Origin: an uncultured Planctomycetales bacterium | Lineage (GTDB): Bacteria; Omnitrophota; Gorgyraeia; Zapsychrales; Fredricksoniimonadaceae | Direction: 5' to 3' | Assembly (NCBI GenBank): GCA_964572155.1 | Contig: CAZNDZ010000001.1 | Location: 648,840-712,839 of the forward strand | DNA length: 64,000 nt | Shown here: positions 18,102-25,481 of the stretch, piece by piece | Position numbering within the stretch: position 1 is the first letter of the stretch | How the letters are laid out: every line of letters begins with the position of its first letter | Notes under the pieces: model-generated | What the model was told of the DNA's origin: nothing | The model's database searches: none | Seen by the model: the letters and a program-made list of their open reading frames with translations, nothing else | Program-made: the position numbers and the translations under genes

Positions 18102-18491
18102 ATGATGCTTTCAAGAAATAATCTTAATACGACGAAAGAAAAGGTTTATTTTGTTGTTCTTTTTTTATTGGCATGCGTTGTATGGCTGGGGGTTCCTTAT
18201 TGGATATATGTTAGTCATAATTTAATTCCTCTTTGGATAATGTTAGGGATTGGTTCTTTATTGGCATTTATGACATGGCTTGGAAATGGATTGATCGTTG
18301 CATATTTGAGGGCTAACTGCGTCAAGGTTGATTCTACACAATTCTCACAACTTGGGACGGCATTAGAGGAGGTTTGTAATCGTCTAGGCACGCGAGTTCC
18401 AGAACTTTATATCTTGCAGTCCAATGGTTTTCTTAATGCTTTTGCCATGCGCCAAAGTGGCAGGGATTTTGTAGTCTTATATTCAAAATAA
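18102..18491 (+). pseudogene. truncated HtpX/M48-family membrane protease gene (N-terminal 129 aa only; no HExxH)
   Basis: Two N-terminal TM helices, then ...LGTRVPELYILQSNGFLNAFAMRQSGRDFVVLYSK-stop. This is the conserved P-x-vy-i-x-s-x-x-NAFA segment that in M48 peptidases immediately precedes the HExxH helix. The ORF stops 2 nt before the 18-bp inverted repeat of the adjacent RAYT element. Confidence 0.45.
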
Positions 18492-18492
18492 A

Positions 18493-19233
18493 GAGAAAGG
18501 GACAGTCCCCAAAAAGGGGACAGGGAGTAATGATTAAATAACATCCTTCCCCGAGGATTTCAAATATATATAGATCAACCCCCCGCAAGAAATAGTAGGG
18601 GATTATGGTAAGGAAGGCGCGAAGTGGGTTGTTGTATGATGGGTGTTATGCTCATATTATTTCAAGATCGATTAGGAAGTTAAAAGTATTTCGAGATGAA
18701 GAAGATTTTAGTTTTTTCTTAAATAGTTTAAATGAATTAAAAGGATTGCATTCATTTAAAGTTTTTCACTATTGTCTCCTTCATACGCATTTTCATTTAG
18801 TTGTGCAGATTAAGTCAGTAAATAGTTTTTCTAAGAGTATGAATAAGTTAAAGAGTCAGTATGTTTTTAAATTTCATACTAAGTATCGATTAAGCGGACC
18901 AATATGGCGAGAGCGATATAAGAGTTTGTTGATTGAAGATGACCGGTATTTATATGCGTGTGGAAAATATGTTGAGAATAACCCAGTTGAAGCTGGATTA
19001 GTGAGGAAAGCAGAAGATTGGAAGTATGGTTCAGCGAGTGGTAGAGATAAGCATATTGTAGAAGTGTTGAAAGATACAACGATGATTGCAGAAATAGATG
19101 TATCTGACAAGAAACAATACGAGCGCGGGAATGCAATCGGGTCTGATTATTACAAGTATCAAATGAGGCAGAAATTAAGCAAGGAAAGTTGATAATGATA
19201 GGGTGTCCCCAAAATGGGGACTGTCCCTTTCTC
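18493..19233 (+). mobile_element. REPtron / IS200-like unit: Y1 HuH transposase bounded by perfect 18-bp inverted repeats GAGAAAGGGACAGTCCCC
   Basis: 18493-18510 GAGAAAGGGACAGTCCCC and 19216-19233 are exact reverse complements. Each end also folds as an imperfect hairpin (GGGACAGTCCCC-aaaaa-GGGGACAGGG; GGGTGTCCCC-aaaat-GGGGACTGTCCC). Confidence 0.7.
18605..19192 (+). CDS. IS200/IS605-like Y1 (HuH) transposase / REP-associated tyrosine transposase (RAYT)
   Basis: 195 aa; N-terminal ...YAHIISRS..., HuH motif HTHFHLVV, Tyr-containing distal region (WRERYKS, YLYACGKYVENNPVEAGLV). Confidence 0.75.
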   Translation: MVRKARSGLLYDGCYAHIISRSIRKLKVFRDEEDFSFFLNSLNELKGLHSFKVFHYCLLHTHFHLVVQIKSVNSFSKSMNKLKSQYVFKFHTKYRLSGPIWRERYKSLLIEDDRYLYACGKYVENNPVEAGLVRKAEDWKYGSASGRDKHIVEVLKDTTMIAEIDVSDKKQYERGNAIGSDYYKYQMRQKLSKES

Positions 19234-19517
19234 CTACGGTGGCTATGGAATATAATAAAGATCAGATTATATTTGCTGTAAGAAAGATTTTTAGAAATGA
19301 AGATCAGAATAAAGTTCTTGAAGAATTGAATTTGGAAGATTCAGGATCTATTAGGGTTTATTTAGCGGTTTTAAAATTAAGCAAAGGTAATCTAAAAGAT
19401 TTTTATTTATTCTTAAAAAAATCCCAAGAAGATTATAGGGATGTATTGTGGCAAGCGGAATATGAAGAAAATGGTGAAAAAGAATTGATTAATCCTTATA
19501 AACAGATTTTAACATAA
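19203..19517 (+). CDS. hypothetical protein (104 aa) between the two RAYT units
   Basis: ORF only; its start overlaps the right inverted repeat of the first RAYT unit. Confidence 0.25.
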   Translation: MSPKWGLSLSPTVAMEYNKDQIIFAVRKIFRNEDQNKVLEELNLEDSGSIRVYLAVLKLSKGNLKDFYLFLKKSQEDYRDVLWQAEYEENGEKELINPYKQILT

Positions 19518-19725
19518 AGATGCAATTCCATAACGATCATATCTTGAAAGTCAAAGTTCAACAGTCCGGAGATATATTTATAAATGGTAAACTTGTTTCA
19601 TGGATAGAATTTGAAAAGGCTCTATCTAATTTAAAAGAAATAAAAGGGGCTGTTTGGTTTTATCGGCAAAATGCAATTGGGATACAGAATGAAATAGCAG
19701 AACAGGTTTTTACAAAAGTATTGGG

Positions 19726-19745
19726 AATAAATAGTGTCGTTTCTC
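19726..19745 (-). repeat. REP-B unit in inverted orientation (AATAAATAGTGTCGTTTCTC)
   Basis: Exact reverse complement of the 20-bp GAGAAACGACACTATTTATT units found 3' of the second RAYT gene, giving the inverted-flank REPtron arrangement. Confidence 0.7.
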
Positions 19746-19848
19746 ACAACAACAAGCATTGTAAGTATTTATAAATAATTCAGGATCCCCCTCCTGAAGC
19801 AACCTAAAAATAAACTAATCCCCCCGCATAAACAGAAAGAGTAAGTTC

Positions 19849-20550
19849 ATGGGAAGGGATGCGCGTGTTTGTCAAACTGGGTTGACGTATCATGTGATTA
19901 ATCGAGGGAATAATAGGGAAGTAATTTTTGTTGAGCAAGAAGATTATACGCATTATTTAAATACGGTACAAAGATACAAAAAGAAGTATGGTTTTAAACT
20001 GTTTGCATTTTGCTTAATGACCAACCATGTACATATGTTGATAAAGGTTGAGGGAGATGTAAGCATAAGTCGGATTATGCAATCGATCACTATCGCACAT
20101 ACACGCTTTTATAATTATAAATATCAGCGTAGTGGGCATGTTTGGCAAGGACGGTTTATGAGTCCAATTGTGAGCGAGGATGATCATTTGCTGACGGTTA
20201 TGAGATATATCGAACAAAATCCACTACGTGCACGAATGGTTAAAGATGTGGGAGAATATCGATGGAGTAGTTATTTATTGAATGTGCGAGAACAAGAGTC
20301 AAAAATGATTGACCGTGAAGTGAATTTGGTTTTTAATAGATTGGGCGTTGATGTAAAAGCGAGGATCAAGCGCTATCGAGAGGGAATGCAAGAGGATATT
20401 AAAAAGAAAGAGCTTGAGGCGATACAGACAACTACGAGAAAAAGTGGTAATTATGTATCAAGTTTGTTTCAGGAGCAATTTAATAAATTGTTACCAAATA
20501 AAAAGAAACGAGGTCGTCCGAAGAAGGTTGAATTAATTGTAAATATCTGA
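19849..20550 (+). CDS. IS200-like Y1 (HuH) transposase / RAYT with C-terminal AT-hook-like tail
   Basis: 233 aa; LTYHVINRGNNRE N-terminus, HuH motif NHVHMLIKV, distal RSGHVWQGRF / RYIEQNPLRARMV region, C-terminal KKKRGRPKKVE (GRP AT-hook-like). Confidence 0.75.
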   Translation: MGRDARVCQTGLTYHVINRGNNREVIFVEQEDYTHYLNTVQRYKKKYGFKLFAFCLMTNHVHMLIKVEGDVSISRIMQSITIAHTRFYNYKYQRSGHVWQGRFMSPIVSEDDHLLTVMRYIEQNPLRARMVKDVGEYRWSSYLLNVREQESKMIDREVNLVFNRLGVDVKARIKRYREGMQEDIKKKELEAIQTTTRKSGNYVSSLFQEQFNKLLPNKKKRGRPKKVELIVNI

Positions 20551-20565
20551 AATTAATTAGTTTCT

Positions 20566-20848
20566 GAGAAACGACACTATTTATTCGAGGAATAATTGAG
20601 TATTCTTAAAATACTAGCAATTTTAACCCCCCAGTGAATTAATTATAAGTTCTTTTGATTGAACGCTTTGTGAGAAACGACACTATTTATTTATGTATCA
20701 AGTTTGTTTCAGGAGCAATTTAATAAATTGTTACCAAATAAAAAGAAACGAGGTCGTCCGAAGAAGGTTGAATTAATTGTAAATATCTGAAATTAATTAG
20801 TTTCTGAGAAACGACACTATTTATTCTAGAGAAACGACACTATTTATT
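20566..20848 (+). repeat. four direct copies of the 20-bp REP-B unit GAGAAACGACACTATTTATT
   Basis: Identical copies at 20566-20585, 20672-20691, 20806-20825 and 20829-20848; irregular spacing, so not CRISPR-like. Confidence 0.8.
20691..20826 (+). repeat. 136-bp perfect direct duplicate of 20451-20586 (last 100 nt of the RAYT gene plus one REP-B unit)
   Basis: Identical strings read directly (ttatgtatcaagtttgtttcaggagcaatttaataaattgttaccaaataaaaagaaacgaggtcgtccgaagaaggttgaattaattgtaaatatctgaaattaattagtttctgagaaacgacactatttattc). Confidence 0.85.
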
Positions 20849-20934
20849 CTATTTATTTCAATGTGTCCCAATATTTTTTGTTTCTAAATAGAGATTGATA
20901 AAGAAGTTAAAAGACGAAATAAGGTGGGAGGGTA

Positions 20935-22089
20935 TTGATGAGAATTTTTAGATGGTTTTTATTCGTATCTTTTGTTGTAGTGGCATCAGGGTGTGCATCA
21001 ACGATGAGTGCGGTAAAGAGTAATGCTAGCTTTTCTAAGTATAAGAAAGTATATGTTTTGAATTTTAAGGATGATCCAAGGAAAGTTATACCTAAAGTTG
21101 TAAATCAATTTAAGAAATTAGGTCTTGAGGTTGTCTTAACTAAAGAGGGTGAACCTGTTGGGGGGACGCAAGGAACCGGCTATATTATCAATGCTGACGG
21201 ATATGTCTTAACAGCAGCGCATGTTTTGAATCATGAGAAGACAGTTACGGTTTGGGTAAATAAAGTGCAATATGAAGCAGAAGTTATTTATAAAGAAGAG
21301 GATGATAAAGAAGAGGATTCTGTCGATAATAATCATTTAAGTCTTCAGAAATCGTTAGAGAAGTCATTAAACTCAAAGAATAATCAGTCTATTGCTGAAT
21401 TTGTTAATAATCGTGATCTAGCATTATTGAAGATTATATCTGATAAAAAAGATTTTCCTACTTTGGTTTTTTCTAAGTCTCCCGCATATGTTATGGGGCA
21501 ACAAATATATACTTTAGGTTTTCCTTTAAGCAATATTCTTGGGGATACACCACGGTTAAACCAAGGGGTCATAAGTTCTGCAGTTGGGATTAAAGACAAT
21601 GATAAATTTATTCAAATTTCTGCTGAAGTGCAGCCAGGAAACAGCGGAGGGCCATTGTTATCGCAAGATGGGAAGGTTACAGGAATGATTGTGATGTCAT
21701 TAAGACAGGGTCAAAATATAAATTTTGCTCTTAAAAGCGAGCATTTAAAAGAGTTTATTAATAATGCGAACAAAAAAGCTAAAATAGGGCTTAATTTAAA
21801 CTATTCTGATAAGTCTTCTTTAGAAAACGTTCAAGAGGCGCTAGTTCAAATTCGTTCTGGAAGAATTTCTCCTGAGTTCAAAAAAGAGCCAAAGCTTGTT
21901 TGTTCGTTCCGTTATGAATATTTGTGGGATATGTGGAATCGATTTGCTTTATTTGATCTATCTTTGTTTGATTGGGATACGGACGAGATCCTATTGCGTG
22001 CTGGTCAATATGGTGATAATCCAATGACGAATGAAAATAGCACCATTGATAATGTTTTTAGAGAAATAAAGAATAAGTTAAATTTGTAG
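20935..22089 (+). CDS. lipoprotein with trypsin-like (S1) serine protease domain
   Basis: Lipobox VVVASG/C; catalytic-triad contexts TAAHV (His), DLALLKI (Asp), GNSGGPL (Ser); 384 aa with C-terminal extension. Confidence 0.7.
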   Translation: MMRIFRWFLFVSFVVVASGCASTMSAVKSNASFSKYKKVYVLNFKDDPRKVIPKVVNQFKKLGLEVVLTKEGEPVGGTQGTGYIINADGYVLTAAHVLNHEKTVTVWVNKVQYEAEVIYKEEDDKEEDSVDNNHLSLQKSLEKSLNSKNNQSIAEFVNNRDLALLKIISDKKDFPTLVFSKSPAYVMGQQIYTLGFPLSNILGDTPRLNQGVISSAVGIKDNDKFIQISAEVQPGNSGGPLLSQDGKVTGMIVMSLRQGQNINFALKSEHLKEFINNANKKAKIGLNLNYSDKSSLENVQEALVQIRSGRISPEFKKEPKLVCSFRYEYLWDMWNRFALFDLSLFDWDTDEILLRAGQYGDNPMTNENSTIDNVFREIKNKLNL

Positions 22090-22107
22090 AAAAGAGGGAA
22101 ATGGCCA

Positions 22108-22135
22108 AATAAATAGTGTCTGCGCGCTATTTATT
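22108..22135. repeat. hairpin AATAAATAG-tgtctgcgcg-CTATTTATT containing an inverted REP-B core (AAATAGTGTC)
   Basis: 9-bp perfect stem read directly, 19 nt after the protease stop codon. Confidence 0.6.
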
Positions 22136-22193
22136 GTAAAATGCTAATAACATTTTTATAGAAATTGTTATTAACAAATGTTATACTTTTACG

Positions 22194-23162
22194 ATGAAAC
22201 CTCCATTTGATATTACTCCTAGGATTTTGAATTTAACGGCTGGAATCAGCGCTATGATTGGGCGTCTTGAGGCTTCTCGTTTGAAAATTCCTCTCGTTGA
22301 TCTTAGGCGTCAGGTAGATGCGTCCTCAATACATTCTAGTTGTATTATCGAGGGTAATACATTAACACTAGATCAAGTGACAGATGTTATTAATGGAAAA
22401 CGTGTTCTTGGGCCTAAGAAAGATATTCTTGAGATTAAGAATGCGCATAAACTTTATAGCAAGATCAATGAGTTTAACCCTTTAAATGAAAAAGATCTTT
22501 TACAAGCTCATAAAATTCTTATGGAAGGGTTGGTTGACAGACCTGGAAAAATACGAGGTACGGGTGTTGTAGTAGCGGCACAAGGTAAGGTGGTTCATAC
22601 TGCACCACCACACCAGAGAGTTGCAGGATTGATATCGCAGCTTTTTAACTTTATTGCTGAATCAAAAGATCTACATGTTTTGATTACTTCGAGCATTTTT
22701 CATTATGAATTTGAATTTATTCATCCTTTTGAAGATGGTAATGGTCGTATGGGAAGATTTTGGCAGACTTTAATGTTAAGACAAAGTAGATTGGCATATA
22801 ACCTTGTTCCCATTGAAACGGCCATTAAACAACATCAATCCGAGTATTATCAAGCAATTGCTCAATCCAACAAAGATGGTAAATCAACATTCTTTGTTGA
22901 GTTTATGCTCGGAATAATTCTGGAGGCTGTTTTAGATTTAGAAAAACTTGTATCTGGTCGGGCTAAACCAAAAGATCGAATAGCATACATGATGAAAAAC
23001 TGTCCTTTAGAATTTACACGACAAGAATATATAGAAATCATGGGAGATATTGAAGTGCACACGGCATCAAGAGATTTGAATCAAGCCGTAAAATTAGGAT
23101 TACTGAAAATGAAGGGTAGTCGAGCTACAGCAGTCTATAGAAAAATTAGAAATACCGCATAA
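22194..23162 (+). CDS. Fic family protein (AMPylation/phosphocholination-type fold) with C-terminal winged-helix-like domain
   Basis: Canonical Fic motif HPFEDGNGRMGRF; 322 aa; partial REP-B core GACACTATTTAT at 23168-23179 just after the stop. Confidence 0.85.
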   Translation: MKPPFDITPRILNLTAGISAMIGRLEASRLKIPLVDLRRQVDASSIHSSCIIEGNTLTLDQVTDVINGKRVLGPKKDILEIKNAHKLYSKINEFNPLNEKDLLQAHKILMEGLVDRPGKIRGTGVVVAAQGKVVHTAPPHQRVAGLISQLFNFIAESKDLHVLITSSIFHYEFEFIHPFEDGNGRMGRFWQTLMLRQSRLAYNLVPIETAIKQHQSEYYQAIAQSNKDGKSTFFVEFMLGIILEAVLDLEKLVSGRAKPKDRIAYMMKNCPLEFTRQEYIEIMGDIEVHTASRDLNQAVKLGLLKMKGSRATAVYRKIRNTA

Positions 23163-23289
23163 ACACTGACACTATTTATATTTTCATTGTCGTTTTTAAA
23201 TAGTTTTGAAACCTCTTCCTTATAACTTCATATATTTATATAATCTAAGAAGCTTTGATGTATATAAATTAACCAAAGAGTGACTTTTT

Positions 23290-23775
23290 ATGCAATGGAT
23301 GATGCGTGTCATTTTTGTATTAGAGAAGGTGTTTATCCTAGTGGCGGTAGCTTTGGTTGTTTATGCGGTGATTTATTTGAATAAGCCGGTTGCATTGCCA
23401 GTGGTTTTAACACAGACAGCAAGTGTTGATGTTTCATCGACGGACAATGTAGTAGAAATGGCGTTGGTTTCTAGTGCTGATGTGGGGGTGGTTGAGCCGC
23501 AGCGGGATTTGTTTGATGCCGCAGGTGCGCCAGCGGATTTGGGCGTCAATAATGCGGCGATGTCTAATATGTTGCCGGCAAATTTTAAGGTGGTGGGGAT
23601 CATCATCGGACAGTCATCTCAAATTGCCATCGAAGACACCGCATCGCATCAGACCTACATCATTGCCAAGGGTAGTCAAGAACAAGGCATTGAGGTCATG
23701 GATATTCATCGGGATCAGGCATTGTTAAAATATCAGGGGCAGGCGATCACCTTGCCATTACAATTAAAACAATGA
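23290..23775 (+). CDS. gspC: GspC/PilP-like secretin-associated T2SS component
   Basis: N-terminal TM helix, then a short beta-rich domain (FKVVGIIIGQSSQIAIEDTASHQTYIIAKG...) like the GspC HR/PilP domain; directly precedes the secretin gene with overlapping stop/start. Confidence 0.4.
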   Translation: MQWMMRVIFVLEKVFILVAVALVVYAVIYLNKPVALPVVLTQTASVDVSSTDNVVEMALVSSADVGVVEPQRDLFDAAGAPADLGVNNAAMSNMLPANFKVVGIIIGQSSQIAIEDTASHQTYIIAKGSQEQGIEVMDIHRDQALLKYQGQAITLPLQLKQ

Positions 23776-25472
23776 TAAAAATCTTTTATCTCATCTTGTC
23801 GGTTTTTTTCGCGCTTGGGCCCGCCATTGCGCAAGAAGCAGACGTTCCCGTCGTTGCTTCCAAACAAATGCTAGATGTTTTAGAACTCAAAGATATGGAT
23901 ATCAATGATGTTTTTAAGCTCATCTCATCTAAGACGGGCATTAATATCATCGCTGGAAAAAATGTCCAAGGGCGTGTGACGATTTATCTGAAAGATGTGG
24001 AAGTGCATGACGCATTGCATATTATTCTAGAAGCCAACGACTTGGCGTATATGGAAAGTCGCGGGATCATGCAAATTGTGCAAGCGGCAGATTTTGAACG
24101 CATGTTTGGTTACAAGTTTGGACAAACCACAGTGCGCAAAGTCGTGGCCTTAAAAGGCATGAATGCAACAGACGCGGCGGTATTATTAGCAAATTTCAAA
24201 AGCACGTCGGGAAAAGTCATTGCGGATGAGCAATCAAACTCACTGGTCATCGAGGAACAGCCTGCCAATTTAAGGAGCATGGAAGATTTCTTAAGTACGA
24301 TAGATGTGCCGGCTCAAACCAAAGCGTTTGAGCTTATGTTTGTGCAAGCCGATGCCATCACCGCGCGCATCGCCGAAATTTTAACACCAAAAGTTGGCAC
24401 CATCCGTTTTGACGCGCAATCTAATAAAATTTTTGTTAAAGATACAGAAGCAAAACTAAAAGACGTGGCAAATTTATTGCAGATGTTAGATGTGCCACGG
24501 CGCACGCAGGTTTTCGAATTAAGCTATATGAAAGCGGAAGACATGGTCAAGGCGATCACGTCGCTGTTAACCAAGGACATTGGTCACGCGGAGGTTGATG
24601 TCAAAGGTAACAAGTTGGTGGTAACAGACATCGCGCCTAAGATTGTTGAGATTACGAGGGTCATCGACGCGCTTGATAAAAAAGATCAACAGGTTCTGAT
24701 TGAGGCAAGGATTGTGCAGGTTTCGTTGACGGATAAGACCAAGCTTGGCATCAATTGGGACGCGGTGATTAATAAATGGCATGACACGCGCATGACCAAT
24801 GATTTTGGATTAGGTGATGCGGTTAATCCCAAAGGGGTGTTAAGCATTGGCACCATCGATAATGACCAATATAGTTTTGTGATGGAGGCGTTAAATTCTT
24901 CTGGGAAAACACGCCTATTATCAAACCCCAGCATCGCGGTTGTCAATAATCAGGAAGCGAAGATTTTGGTTGGGACCACCAAGCCTTATGTGACGACAAC
25001 CACCACAACCCCGTCATCCGGGCCAACGAGCATATCAGAAGCGGTGACATTCATTGACGTGGGTGTCAAGTTGACGGTCACTCCGACAATTCATAAAGAT
25101 GGTTATATCACCATGAAGATAAAGCCAGAGGTGTCTTCCGCTACATCGTCCTTGGTTACAGGTTCTAAGAATGAAATCCCCATTGTTGATACGTCGACTG
25201 TTGATACAACCATCCGCGTCATGGATGGGGTAACAATTGTTTTAGGCGGCCTTATCAAAGATGAGCGGTCAGCGAATAATAGTCAAGTGCCTGTGCTTGG
25301 TAAAATACCTCTGGTAGGTGCTGCTTTTCGCCAAAAAAGTGATTCCATAGAAAAGACTGAGATCATGGTCTTTTTAACGCCCCGCATCATTACGGGGGAT
25401 ATTCAAGCCAATGATAAGAATCCTAAGCTGATCAAAGGCGATAAAGTGTATTCCGACCATCCAATCGAGTAA
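23772..25472 (+). CDS. gspD: type II secretion system secretin GspD
   Basis: Signal peptide, N0/N1-like domains, C-terminal secretin domain (...VPVLGKIPLVGAAFRQKSDSIEKTEIMVFLTPRII...). Confidence 0.85.
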   Translation: MIKIFYLILSVFFALGPAIAQEADVPVVASKQMLDVLELKDMDINDVFKLISSKTGINIIAGKNVQGRVTIYLKDVEVHDALHIILEANDLAYMESRGIMQIVQAADFERMFGYKFGQTTVRKVVALKGMNATDAAVLLANFKSTSGKVIADEQSNSLVIEEQPANLRSMEDFLSTIDVPAQTKAFELMFVQADAITARIAEILTPKVGTIRFDAQSNKIFVKDTEAKLKDVANLLQMLDVPRRTQVFELSYMKAEDMVKAITSLLTKDIGHAEVDVKGNKLVVTDIAPKIVEITRVIDALDKKDQQVLIEARIVQVSLTDKTKLGINWDAVINKWHDTRMTNDFGLGDAVNPKGVLSIGTIDNDQYSFVMEALNSSGKTRLLSNPSIAVVNNQEAKILVGTTKPYVTTTTTTPSSGPTSISEAVTFIDVGVKLTVTPTIHKDGYITMKIKPEVSSATSSLVTGSKNEIPIVDTSTVDTTIRVMDGVTIVLGGLIKDERSANNSQVPVLGKIPLVGAAFRQKSDSIEKTEIMVFLTPRIITGDIQANDKNPKLIKGDKVYSDHPIE

Positions 25473-25481
25473 GGACAAAAC

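Noticed and set aside
19520-19774. 84-aa ORF between the two RAYT units
   Set aside because: Its 3' end is occupied by the inverted REP-B unit (19726-19745); likely fortuitous ORF in REP-flank DNA; kept out of the feature list.
20566-20848. Possible CRISPR array suggested by repeated 20-bp GAGAAACGACACTATTTATT units
   Set aside because: Spacings are 106, 134 and 23 bp (not periodic); one intervening segment is a 136-bp duplicate of the transposase 3' end; no cas genes in window. Interpreted as REP elements of a RAYT instead.
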